Shown here one piece after another: positions 26,401 to 38,790 of a DNA stretch of 64,000 nucleotides; position 1 is the stretch's first letter, and each line of letters opens with the position of its first letter. The stretch comes from Raja brachyura (lineage: Eukaryota). The stretch is from positions 14,942,001 to 15,006,000 of the forward strand of contig OY740818.1 in the NCBI GenBank assembly GCA_963514005.1, written 5' to 3'. The notes beneath the pieces are model-generated. The model did no database searches, had not been told where the DNA came from, and worked only from the letters and a program-made list of their open reading frames with translations. The position numbers were made by a program, and so were the translations under genes.

Positions 26401-27283
26401 CTCGGTGCTCGTTAAATGCTAGACATATATTAATACAATTTAAAGTATTATACAGATTACATTATTCGAAAACCAAATTAAATAGTATATTTCCTAATCT
26501 CTCCTCTATTTGTGATAAATGTAAGAATTTAGAAGCAAATTTAACACACAGTTTTGTTACATGTCCTAAATTGAATTATTATTGGACAGAAATGTTTAAA
26601 GTTATTTCTGAAGTTCTTAAGGTTAAATTAGAACCTGACCCAAAGCTAATAATACTGGGAATTCCAGAGGCTAATTTGATACTTACACTAGATCAAAGAA
26701 ATTTCCCTGATTATTGTTTGATATTAGGGAAAAAAATAATATTGAAATTTTGGAAGGGAACATTATCCCCAACAATTAAAATGTGGGCATCAGAGATGTT
26801 GGAGACGTTGCAGTTGGAAAGAATCAGATTTGTCCTTTTGGACGAGTATAATTCTTTTCAACAGATATGGTCTCCATATATACAGTATTTAGAGAAGTAG
26901 CTGTTCTTGGCATCACGGCTCGACTGACACCCTGCGGGATTTGATGAAAATAATGTATTGGTATACCAGGATATATGCATGTCTTTACTGATATTATTAT
27001 TTGTAGTTGTTTCATTTATAATATATTGTGTGGCTTTTAATTGATATATATACATAATATGTCTTTTTTCTTTTTCTTCATTTTTTCTTTTTCTTTTATA
27101 CCAAATAATTATTAAGGAATTATAATTTTATTGATTAATAATGGTATTTCTCTTTACCCACTTTTATTTTCAAAAAAAAATAAGATAATAATCATTAGAG
27201 TACAAATATTGATTTAAGTTGATGTTTATAACTCAGTTTTAAACATTGAGAATTGTTTATTGCTAATAAAAAAATTATTCAAA
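26401..27283 (+). mobile_element. 5'-truncated L1-clade LINE (ORF2 C-terminal CCHC region plus 3' UTR) with 15-bp TSD
   Basis: Open frame 26403-26900: IQFKVLYRLHYSKTKL...CDKCKNLEANLTHSFVTCPKLNYYW...WSPYIQYL. T-rich 3' UTR and AATAAA/A-rich end. TSD AGTTATCAGAAAATA at 26386-26400 and 27284-27298. Confidence 0.9.
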
Positions 27284-27455
27284 AGTTATCAGAAAATAAG
27301 TGATTGTAAACAACAACTCAACGAGCAAGTCTAAACCACTTGGCCCATTAAGCCAGCTCAGTCAGTGATCTGCCAATCTTTGGCAGGTTGCAGTCAGTAT
27401 GGGGAAGCTATTATTTTACATCAATGAAAGGAAGGTCAGGGAGTTATCGTTGTCT

Positions 27456-27695
27456 AATACAACATGATACAATAGAACTTTATTCATCCCTGGAGGGAAA
27501 TTGGTCTGTCAATAGTCATAAAACACAAGAAATATGAAACATGAAATTAATGTGACGAGTGGAAAGGATTGGGGATGTGCAAAGACTGGGAGGGGGGGGG
27601 GGGGGAGGGGACACCCCACGACAGAAGGGGTGGAGCTATACAGTTTGATAGCCACAAGGAAAAAGGACCTCCTGTGGCGCTCTGTACTACATCTG
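27456..27695 (-). mobile_element. Rex1/Babar-type LINE 3' end
   Basis: - strand reads RCSTERHRRSFFLVAIKLYSSTP, then a tail with AATAAA and short terminal repeats. Confidence 0.65.
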
Positions 27696-27979
27696 CAAAC
27701 TACGTGGTCATGCCCTACACGATGACAATCACAGGGATTATTGACCTTTCTTTTTATCTGTCATAAAATGCACACGCTGTTATTTCCAAGGAGACTAATT
27801 TCTTCCAAACAATCTTGATAAGAATGATACTTTTTTAATAATTGAGATTTGTATGCATAGTCAGTGTGATTCATCTACATTGTCAGCAATAATTGTGCTT
27901 TGCACAAGTGAACTTGTTCCATTGCACATCTTCTCACAAAGCTTCCTCTCAGTATTGGGGTCCAAAATGAAGTTTGATC

Positions 27980-28803
27980 CAAAGGTTCAAAGGTTATTTT
28001 ATTAGTCATGTACACCAATTGGTGTAGTGAAATGTTTCTTGCCAATGCAGCACATTAAAAAAAAAAAGAATACAGACAATAATAAAAAGATTTTAAACAT
28101 AAAAAACATCCCCCCCACAATGGTTCCCATTATGAGGGAAGGCATAATGTCCAGTCCCCAACCCATGTCCACCCATAGTCAGGCCTATTGAGGCGTCCGC
28201 AGTCGCCTTCACGGAGGCCCGATGTTCCAGGCCGTTCTCGCCGGGTGATGGTGCTCCGGCGTCGGGAGAATCCTCTCAGCGGCTTGGGACACCTGGAACG
28301 GCCGCCTCTGTACCGGAGTCTGCGGCCTCCGATGCCAACATGGCCGCACTGAATGGAGCTCCCCACTGGCTACCGATGTTAAAGTCAGCGCCGCTGGCCG
28401 CTCCACAGTCCCGCAGCCCCGCGATGTTTTTCGTCGGCAGTCTTCAGCTCACCAGAGTTCCAGCACGGCGACCTAGGCAAGGCATCACCCGCTCCGCTCC
28501 GCGATGGCGCTCCAGCACTGCGCCGCAGCGTAAGCCGAGGTTCTGGGCGGTCCCCTTAGGAAACGCCGCTCCAGGCCCACTGGTAGGCTGCGGGGACGGG
28601 TCGAAGATGCAACCCGGAGAAAAGCTGCCTCTCCGACCAGATAGGGACCAGGAAAAACAGTTTCCCCCTTCCCTCCCCCCCCCACCCCCACATAAAAAAG
28701 AATAGACTCCAAACAAAACACTTTAACTCACTAAAAATAAAGAAAAGAGTGAAGAACAAACAGCTGCAGGCTGGACAGCCATACCGTACAGGACGGCGCC
28801 CCC
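27980..28803 (-). mobile_element. GC-rich non-autonomous retro-element, copy B
   Basis: - strand begins GGCGCCGTCC...ATGGCTG, then a T-rich segment, a CpG-rich core, a hairpin at 28110-28140, and a tail with CTAATAAAA and (CCTTTGAA)-like repeats. Confidence 0.6.
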
Positions 28804-28804
28804 T

Positions 28805-28990
28805 ATAATTAACCAATATTAATTCTCCAATCAATTCATCAAGGTCATTACATTGCTGATTATGGGAGTTAATTATGCATATTTTGGCTGCTGCATTTCC
28901 TAAGTTACAGAAACGCATACACTTGTAAAGTATGTCAATGGTTGTAAATCACTAAGGCTGTGACAGATACTGGAGGAATGCAAGCTCTTC
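28805..28990 (+). mobile_element. Deu-domain SINE remnant
   Basis: GGTCATTACATTGCTG.TT.TGGGAG...TTGGCTGCTGCATTTCCTA..TTACA..., the reverse complement of the copies at 18090 and 44390. Confidence 0.55.
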
Positions 28991-31846
28991 CACTATTAAA
29001 CGCTTCAGCGCAAATCTCCTCATTGTCCCTGTGAGTGTTACACAACAAATATTGTCTTTACCATGCCAATTGGGCCCACGAAAAATGTTTGAGTTTCACA
29101 CTAGTATTGGAGATTCCAAAATATATTGCACTTAAATCAAGAAAACAGATTGGATTAAATTAGTTTGTATTCCGTTTTGGACATTAGATGGGACCATAGA
29201 ACTAATGCATTACATAAGGAGGCATTTAGCCCACCTAATTCTACCACTAGGCCCTTCTCCAGAAACTTGCACATTTGTCTCAACTAAATATCCCCTCTTG
29301 CAGGTCACGATGAAGCATGCTTCCCACCACATCTGCAGGTAATGCATTGCAGATTCTAATCGCATGTAGCATAAGTGTTTTATTGTCATTGTCTTTCGCT
29401 TTTTGTTATTGCTGTTACCTTTAGTTTTCAATCACTCTATCAATCAAAGCCCCCCCACTATCCACTCTGTTCATATCCCTCATCATTTTTTATGTCAATC
29501 AGCTACCTCCAAAGAAAACAGTCTACCTTTTCTTAGCTAGACAAAAGAAAACAGCCTTTTCTTGTCTCTCCATGTAACCATCGTCCCTCATCTCAGAAAC
29601 CAAACTGGTTAATCTTTTGTGGACCTCTTTGATATCTACCTGTGAAAATCTTGTCCCTGAACTGCAGCAGCTTGGGTGATGACTTTTTTTTGAGATCACA
29701 AGATTGAAGTTTACGAAGCACAAACAAATGTCGGCCTAATTTGTTGATATTACTTGGAATTTCATGCTGGAAATGAGCGAAACGGTTAATTTTTATCTGA
29801 TGAATGGTCATTGAACTAAAACATAAAATCTATTTCTCTTACCATACATAGTGTCTGACGTGCTAATTATTGACAGCATTTTTTGTTATATTTTGTATTT
29901 CCAGCATCTGCAGTGCTTGGCTTTTAAAATTTAATGCTGCGCAGCTAAAAGATTGGAAGGAGGGTTCTGACCCAAACCATCACCTGTCCATTCTCTTCTG
30001 ATCCGAAATGTTAACTGTCCATTCCTTTTACAAATGCTGCCTAACCTCCTGAGTTTGTGTTTTGAACAAATGTTATGTATTAGCTACAAATCATCTTGAC
30101 ATGCTGTTCAATTGTCATAGTCATACAGCACAGAAATTGTCCATTTAGCCCTCAAGATCCATGGTGACTGTTTGCTCATCCACACTGATCCCATTTCCCC
30201 TAATTGGGTTCACATCCTTCTGGGCCTTGCCTAGTCAACTGCCTGTCTCTATGTCTCTTGAACACAGTGCTGGTATTTGATTCTATCATCTTCTCTGGCT
30301 TCAGATATCAACCACTCTGCAAAAAATATTGGTCGGAACTTATTTCAGTCCTATTCTGGACATGTTTTCCTGATGCACTGCTTCACAAACAAGTCACCTT
30401 TTGATATATGACTCACTGTTGCTGTTTAAGCAAGAGCAGGCTATTCAGCAAAGGCATTGCAGCTAACCTCTGTGTAATCCCCACCCAATAACTCATGGAG
30501 TCAAAATCAGGATTTGGACAATGACTAATTTTCACTGCTGCAATGCCAGGAGTTGTACAGCTCCTATAATCAGCTATCTAGTGACATTATCCAATAAGTC
30601 ACCCACATATAATTGTCCTCATTGTCTTTAGCTATTTGAATATGAATCTGCGTTCTACATCACAATAATTTTGTCCAATTCTTTTGGTCATCTCTATACT
30701 TTTCGAGGCATTTTTCTCCGCTGTTACTGGAATGCAATGTCCCAATGTCCTCCGTGTTTACGGAGGACATTGGGACATGAGGGAAAGTAGGACACCTTGA
30801 ATAAATAGTTGATTTATTTTTCAACTGCGACGTTTTGGGGCATTTGAATCTTCCTTTAAACAAGTTAACATTCTGTACTGAGTTTCTTCAGCATAGATGG
30901 GATTTGAAGACACAAATTGATATTCAAAAGAACAGTAACTTATAAGTGTGCTGGTAGCTTTTGTACACAAATTGTAAGCTGCTAGGAGTTTCTGAGTAGG
31001 ATTGACTTCGCCTCTAATTACTGACCTTAGTCATGTTGACCTAATATTTCTGCTTTCAGGGTTATTGGGTAAATTCAGCACAAATTCAGCAAAAGTTTCA
31101 GGTGTGATTGTGTCCAGCGTAGGGTTTTGCTCCAAACTGGTTGCATATTGCCAAGTGCAAAGATTGGGCATGGACCAGCACAATTGTACAGTTGTTTGTG
31201 TAATTTATTTTTAAAAATTGTATAACCCCCGTATATTTACGACGTGGCTTCATTAACAAAACAGAAAACATACTTTTGCAAAAAAGATTTTTTTTGTCAA
31301 TCCCTCAACCTGAGACACAATTCTTGAATCAAAACTGACTTTCTGAATTCAACAGAACCATTTATTGGTATCACTTGTATGGTCAAATTGGATTTTTTTT
31401 TTTTCATATTTATATATTTTGGACATTTCCCCCTTTAATGTCTTTTATCCCTATTACTATTTCTAAGAATATGCAGAATGGGTGCAATTAGCAACAACGT
31501 GTCAAGATAATTAATTATTCTGCAGTATCATTAGTTTTATCGCTGAATTCTACCACAATGTTTTAAAAACTAGCTCGTTTCTGAAACAATTGGCATTGGG
31601 TGTAACTCCAACTGAACATTTATCATTCTCATGCTCCAGTTTGGCTGATTTCATTGTTCTGATAGTAACAGATCAACTAAACACAGATCACATCTGGGTG
31701 AGTGAGCATAAGAGTTCATTTTTTCCAACCAAAACTTAAGCATGGAATAATGATTCATTTATTTCATGTGAAGGAGATTTTTTTAAATAGTGCAAAATAA
31801 TGATTTTAGCATCAAATCACAGATCCTTTTAATCGGATTATTCCAG

Positions 31847-31998
31847 GTGCGGAAGCGAGGGAAAGCTTGTAGAGGTGGGCTACGTGAGAATGATACCCTC
31901 CTGACCATCAACGGAAGATCTTGCAGTGGAATTTCACATGCAGATGCCATGAACATCATCGACTCTTCAGACGGGACTCTGCGCATCTGGGTCAATAG
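31847..31998 (+). CDS. SYNPO2L: SYNPO2L coding exon 2 (PDZ C-terminal half)
   Basis: Acceptor TTCCAG|; VRKRGKACRGGLRENDTLLTINGRSCSGISHADAMNIIDSSDGTLRIWVN(R); 152 nt; donor AG|GTAC. Phases 0/2 fit the neighbouring exons. Confidence 0.93.
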
Positions 31999-32755
31999 GT
32001 ACAAAACACGGACGGTGCAAAATGCAAAAACCTGCTTTCCTTTATTGAAGCAGTTTATCAATCCTTAGATTTTTAAATGTCTGGGCAAACCCAGTTAAGG
32101 TTGTTCAATGATAAAGGAATATGATGGCGTGGGTGCAGAAATGTTATTCCATCTGTTTGGAATTCCGGGGTCTCTCAACACTGCAGTGGTGAAATATTAC
32201 CCATAGATTCAGTTCATCGTTATTATTCCAGGCATGTCAACCTAGTGAAATGAAGGTGAGATGAACATCATGTTTATTACACTCACTGGCCAAGGTCTCC
32301 AGGGTGGAATAACTGCAACTAAGCAGGAAGTTCAACCCTTCTGGTCTTAGGGGACGCTTTAGTGGGAATGTGTCATGAAGTGCATTCACGGGTGAGATAT
32401 ATTAGGGATGTATAGGTAATCAGGCAGGGGAGGATGAGGTCAGATCCGACTGGACGGGGTTATATAATCACCTTGTGCCTTTATGTTCTTTAAAACGCCC
32501 AAAACGCCCTCGTCCCCTCCCCACAACCTCAGCATCTACAAAGCTACAAGCTTATCCCTGTAACTTGGCTGAAGGGACTGAGAGAGAGTGACTATGCACA
32601 CTTGATATTTGAACCCATGACGGGCGTTCTTACCCACTGATTCCAGTCCAGCCCGTGGCAGCCACTGAGGTGCCACTAATCAAGGAGGGTGCTAGTCTAT
32701 CCCTGGTTCAATTGTTCCATCGCTTCTGATCCCAGTAACTTGAATCCTCTTCTAG

Positions 32756-33669
32756 GATTTCGTGCAGCCCGGCAACTGGCAGCTTTCACTCTGAGACCAG
32801 CCCGGCCACCGCCCCCTGTGAACGGAGCCAAGAAACTTCAAAAGTCCCCGGGCTGATGCGGGAGCCCCCCAGTGTGAAGCCAGAGGCGTCCCGCGGCACC
32901 AGCGGACTCCGGGGTCAGCCGGAGTGTTACACCTCGCCCCCGGACAGTGAGGCGTATTACGGTGAGACCGACAGCGACGCGGACCACACGGCCAGCGAGA
33001 GGCAGCGGAGGCAGAAGAAGCGCTGGCCGGGTCCCAGGGCGCCGGTGCGGGGATCGGCGGACGAGGCATCGGAGCAGAGCGAGTACGATAGCGCCCCGGA
33101 GCCCGTGTGGAGCGACTGCCGCTCCCCACTGAGCCCCCTGTCGCCGGAACCCGCAGCATCCGCCTGTCTGGATCATCCCAGCCTCGCCCAAGGGGCAATC
33201 CCGAGGATGTTTCAGCCCAGGAAGGTAGAAGCCAAGATTAATATCTGGCAGCCCAAGGTGGAGATGGCTACTTACCCCAAGCCTGGTCTCGCCCACACTA
33301 TCCTCACCCCCAGCAGCCACACTCAGCCCACTCCCTGTTACCCTCCCACCAACCCCAACTATCCCAACTACCACCCCACCTACCCCAACACCAACACCAA
33401 CCCCGCCTATGCCAACACCTGGTCTGCCCAGTCCAGCGGCGAAGATGTCCCTCTGCGACAGGGTATCCTGGGCACGTCGGAAACTGACAGCGGCTTCCAG
33501 GAGGTACCTGCCCAGGCCGCCTCACCTGAGCAGAAGCTGCTGCCGACCGCCAGCCTGCCCAGCTTGCCCAGCCTGAGGGATACACAGATGGTGCCCATGG
33601 TGGGCCCGGTGACCAACCCCGTGGACGAGGTGCTAACCACCACCTACAAAGAGAAGGCCAAGCAAGCCA
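32756..33669 (+). CDS. SYNPO2L: SYNPO2L coding exon 3
   Basis: Acceptor CTCTTCTAG|, open frame in phase with exon 2. SYNPO2L-type motifs SPPDSEAYYGETDSDAD, DSGFQE and MVPMVGPV..PVDE.LTTTYKEKAKQA. Donor A|GTAAGT (phase 1). Confidence 0.9.
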
Positions 33670-33914
33670 GTAAGTGTTTTTAGTTACCTTCTAAGATAGC
33701 CTCACATAGTTTTAAACCTAAAGTCCTCCGATGCTCTGGGCTTTTCTGATGTGTTCAATGTGCTGCTATTAAGTGGAACATGAGAGGTTTAGAGGATATG
33801 AGGTCAACTCCCTGAAAAGCGCGTCAGTTGCTCTCTGTTACTTGATACTCTGTGTGATCTTATGGTCAAGACTCGAAAACAGTTGTTTAAACAAGCCCAT
33901 GAAAGCTCCGTGCA

Positions 33915-33924
33915 TATATATACA

Positions 33925-33956
<32 letters not shown>
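33915..33956. repeat. (TA)n microsatellite
   Basis: Visible TA/TG dinucleotide run. A similar (TA)n lies at 48401-48442. Confidence 0.9.
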
Positions 33957-33957
<1 letters not shown>

Positions 33958-35085
33958 TCTAATTTACTTCAATAGTGCTATCCTTTAAAGCTTTCGAATA
34001 AAACAAAGTTCTATTATTTGATGCAGCAAAACTTATTACTTTGGGATAATAAGTGTTGTTCTCAGGTACATGCAGATTCCACTGTGTTGGTGATACAATG
34101 GTTTAATATAGCAACCCTTGCCAATGAGATTTCCAGTGGAAGTAAGATTTGGTGACTGCAAGTCACTGGTGATAAGAACGATAAGGTTGGGTCACAAGGT
34201 TAAGGGCTTTATTGGGAGTTTTAGATTGCCATATTGTGATGGCTGCAAGATGTGTCGGGATGGTGGGAAAGGGAATGAAAGAGCATGGTGTCAGAAAATC
34301 CAAAGTTGGGCTCAGGAAATTGAGGCTATAGTAAGGGTGTCATCGGTTATGGGGAGAAGGCAGGAGAATGGGGTTGAGAGGGAAAGACAGGTCAGCCAGG
34401 ATTGAATGGCAGCATAGACGTGATGGGCCGAATGGCCTAATTCTGCTCCTAGAACTCACGACGGCTTGAGGAAGTTGCTTCTAGTATTGAAATGCCATTG
34501 AAGAGAGTTGAGGATAAAGAGGATTTTCTTTTGGCTGACATTCATGAATTGCTGACACTAATGACCTATTTAAACTCTAGCATTTAAAATTAAACACGCC
34601 TTAAATAATATATGGAGACAAGAATTACCCACTTAATATTGCTTACTGCCACACTTTGCAGCCAACGTTTTTTTTCCCACTAGGATCAATTTGTAGATCT
34701 AAAGTATATTCAGCTTTTGACCATGTTTACTTGACTTTTGAAACAATGTTTTCTTGCTTATCCCACAGTTATGAGTATGAAAAGTATTTTAATGACATCA
34801 CTGCCTGAGACTTTGACACATTTCATTCTTGTGTTAATCGCCACAATATTCTTTTTAGCTTTACTTGTCTGAAAAAAATCTCTTGAAGGCCGGTTTGAGC
34901 GGAGACAGATGCTTAAACCCATCACACAACTAGTTGGTATGTAATGGGTAAAAATAGTCAAACAGACAGAAGTTCTTAACCGTCCTTTTGTCTGGTCTGA
35001 CAAGGGGAGTAAAAGGCGATAAGAGAGCTTGGCAGACTTAAGAGTCTTGGGCTCACTCCAGTTTATGAGTGATTACAGTGTCTAT

Positions 35086-35188
35086 ATGGAACTGAGGACA
35101 CAAAGTAATACTCCAAAGATTAACAGAATGCAGAGATCACAAACTGAAGAACCAGAAAAGAAAACCAGCAAGCATCAAGTTTATGCAG
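35086..35188 (+). CDS. SYNPO2L: SYNPO2L alternative first coding exon (short PDZ-less, CHAPb-type isoform)
   Basis: ATG 35086 (an in-frame upstream ATG is at 35065) reads MELRTQSNTPKINRMQRSQTEEPEKKTSKHQVYA + G|GTATTT. This is phase 1 and joins exon 4 as ...VYAELHRSES. As recalled, the mammalian CHAPb N-terminal exon is of similar length and ends ...FYAELQRAES. Confidence 0.72.
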
Positions 35189-37149
35189 GTATTTGAATCT
35201 GTACATACTTTTAAAGTGTTAGCTAATTTTACTGCGAATGGTCTACAATTTATTTTTGTTCTATCCTTAAAAGTCTTACAATTGAAATTGGTTTCATGCA
35301 TGTAACCCAAGGTAAGATGGAAGGTCAACATTTTAGCACCAACTTATTTTATTCAATGTGTTTTAAATATTTACTGCAAGAGTATGGAAATGTCAGTTTA
35401 CTCTTTACCACAGAAACAAATGCTCAAACGGTTGTTAGCCTTGGTATATCTTACACAGTTAAAAATGATAGATGTACAGTTTCAAAACTACCAATTGAGC
35501 CAAAGATATTTGCTTTGCAAATCATCACTTTGTGACTGCAAATATTTATTCAGCTAGACTCTGGTGGTGTAGATTTTTCTTTGAGAACGTAAAGAAATGA
35601 TCTGGCTTTATTTTTCAACCCTGGGCACGTTATTGATAGTGAACAGTGACATTTTACAATGTTTCGGGTCTCCAGTGTTTACAACTGGTGGGAGTAGAGG
35701 AAGAGGTCCTGTTGCTGGTGGTTGGTTGTAGCAAAATTAACATGAGCTCCGTAAAATTTTGAAGAGCCCTTTTTTCTCCCCCAGTGTTTCATGCTTTAAA
35801 ATATACTTTTTTTTTGCCAAAGTGAAATTGAATTATGATAACTTCTGGGTAATTTTATGTAATTCCAGAACTTACACTGTGGTTTTCTTGAAGTGATTTA
35901 CCCCTGCGTGCCTGAAACTATTTTTGCATCAGTTTTGCACAGGATGCATCAATCACAGTCCAATGCCCCTTTTGGAACATTACAGGAAAATATGGACTCT
36001 TGGGACAATGATGTCTTAATAATGCAGATTTCAATTAGTACACTTTGGCCTTACACCCACACTGCACTGATATACCCCATGCTCCAAGACCTTGGTCCGA
36101 AAGCTCTCTGATCTTTGAAACTGTGCTTCCTTCCCGTTGGTCCGGGCCAATAAAGACACATGCCATGAACCCCCAAAGTGATGTCTAACCCCAACACTTC
36201 AAATTGGTTCATCTTGTGCCATTTGGTGAACCCAATGACCCCATGAGATCCTATTGTGGGGGGGTCCACTTATTCTTCCCCTGCTCTCCACTGACCACTC
36301 ACCTGATCATTACACCCCAACTCTGGGCCTCTGTCCTTTTTTTGCCAACCCCTTCTACCGGTCCTGATTTTTTCAGAATTCTTCCTGGTCCCAGTCCTTG
36401 GCCTATAATCATAAGTCCTCTTTACCCCTGGACCGGAACAGTCTCAATTCCAGGTGATATCCAGTTACAAAATCCTACTGCAACCAATAATATAGCATAT
36501 CCATCTGGGTGCAATAAAATTTCCAGGCAGCAGTTTTTATTGGTCGGGTTTCCATTTCACTACCATTCATGATAAACTAAATCTTCTATTACAGTACATA
36601 TATATTAAACTTTTTCTCTCCTAGGAGGGGTCCGGCACCTCAAATAAGCTCATGTCTTGAATTGGCTTAAATATTCAATCGATGCATTTGAGCAGACTCC
36701 ATGCATGTTCGTATAGCTTTTTATACCAGTGTTATAGAAAGAGCAACTCATTAGCTGGCCAAAAAGAAACATTTCATATTTCTTCAATAGAAATGATCAA
36801 AATGAAATCGGCTGAACCTATAGCAAATGGACATGTTTCAATATCCTAGTAATATATCAATAGTTAATAAATGCAATTGTTTTTCCCAAACACGTCAGCA
36901 CTTAATACATTGATACAATGTGCAATTCATTGAGGCTGGAATGTTACCCTTTCTCGCAGAATAAATTACCTCATAGAAGGTCAGCTGGAAAAATAACAGC
37001 AACATTTTAAAACATCGATCAGAAATGTGTTTTGGGGATACTTCCAATAAACTTGCGATGTAATGATTTTTCCTCGATCATCTGAAGATTCATTAATGTT
37101 AGCCTCCAGTCTGTCGACATTCTTCTGCAATTTTGGTTATGCGTTTTTT

Positions 37150-38790
37150 TGTCATCTGGACAGCATTTATTGCCCATCCTTAATTGGCCTGGAGAAAGAG
37201 ATGATGAGTCACTTTCTTCATTCACTGTTATCTTTCTTATGAAGGCTGCCGAGTCCCTGATAGTATTTACCTTCTTGAATGTTGCTGGAGTTGTGTTAAT
37301 TCACCTGCCTTGCACTTTGTCAATGGTAGAAAAGTGTTGAGATGTCAGTGAGTCACCCACTGATAATACATAGTTTTGGACCTGCTTTTGTAGTCGCCAT
37401 CCTGAAATGGCTGATCCAGTTCAGTGAAGACAGAAGGAACTGCCAATACTGGTTTACAAAAAAAAAGGACACCAAGTGTGAAGAAGGCCTTGACACGAAA
37501 CATCATCTATCCATGTTCTCCAGAGTTACTCCAGCTGTCTGACCCACTGAGTTACTCCAGCACTTATTTTTTGTCTTTTTTTTTGGTCCAGTTTATTTCC
37601 TGACCAATACTGACCACCAGAAAGTAGATGACATGGAACTCAGATATAGTAATTCTATTGAATATCAAGAATTTGTTAAACACTCTCTTGCTGGAGATGA
37701 CCATTACCTGGCACTTCTGTGGTACAAATGTTACCTGCTACTTATTAGCTCATGCTAAATGTTATCCAGCTGTGTTTCAAGCATGGAGGCATAGACTGGT
37801 CGGCTTATTTGCTGAGGAGTTATGAATGGTATTAAACATCCTGCGTTTTCTTGTAATGGAAGGGTGGTCACTGATGGAGCTGCTGAAAATGGCTGGGTCT
37901 TGGACTCTCTTCTCAGGAACTTCAGCAGTACTCTCCTGGGGCTGAGATGATTGACCCCAAACAGTCACAACTATCTTGTGTGGCGCAAAGCATGACATTG
38001 ACCATCGAAGTGTCCCCCCCCCCCCCTGCAGCCCATTGATTTTAGTTTTACAAAGCTTTTTGATGCCACACGTGCCTCATGATGACATAGCAGTCACTCT
38101 CATTGCAATGTGAAATCAGTTCCTTGGGACAAAGTCTGCCATGGAGCCCAGCAATCCTGGTGAATGTGAGGCAGGAGGTAAATGGATAGTATATACCATT
38201 GGCTAGCACTGTCGGCACCTTCCATCGCTTTAGAACAAGCACCGGTCGTGAAATTTCATGTAAATATATCATGTCAGAGATAGGTCATTTCCGGAGGAGG
38301 AGTATATGACTCCGCAAAGCTATTCCGCTATCTAAATGCAATTCAGAAGCATAATGTCATAATCTTTACCTGCCTAGAGTGGTTCAGTGCCACGAATTTT
38401 GAAGGCGCTCAACACTATCCAGGAAAAAACAGGTCATCATTCCTTCCACCACCCTAAGGATTCACACCCTTCAATAACAAGTGCATCATTGCTGCAAACT
38501 GTGGTCCATTGGCAAGAATCCTTTGGAAGCATCTCCTAAACCAGAAAGTCCACCATTGGAAAGTCAAAGATAGCAGATGACTGTGAACAGAACCACTTCC
38601 AACCTGTTTAAATGTTAAGTGTTAATCCTGTTAAGTGATATTGCATGAAGCTTTGCTGGGACAGAACAGTGAAAAAGCACAGTGGAAGTACCTTCAACAT
38701 ATAGATTTCAGTGGTGTATAAATAAGGCAGCTCAGGGGTAATTTGAGATCGGTATTTAATGTGGGTCTTATCTGTGATGCTTATATCTGG
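37150..38790. mobile_element. Cluster of old CR1/L2-like LINE remnants with a PLE fold-back unit at about 37430-37575
   Basis: Decayed tail (CAGCATTTATTGCCCATCCTTAATTG) and RT-like segments on both strands, with no intact ORF. Confidence 0.5.

Noticed and set aside
28110-28145. HDV-like ribozyme in the GC-rich elements
   Set aside because: I could identify only a single hairpin. The nested double pseudoknot (P1, P1.1, P2, P3) could not be built by eye.
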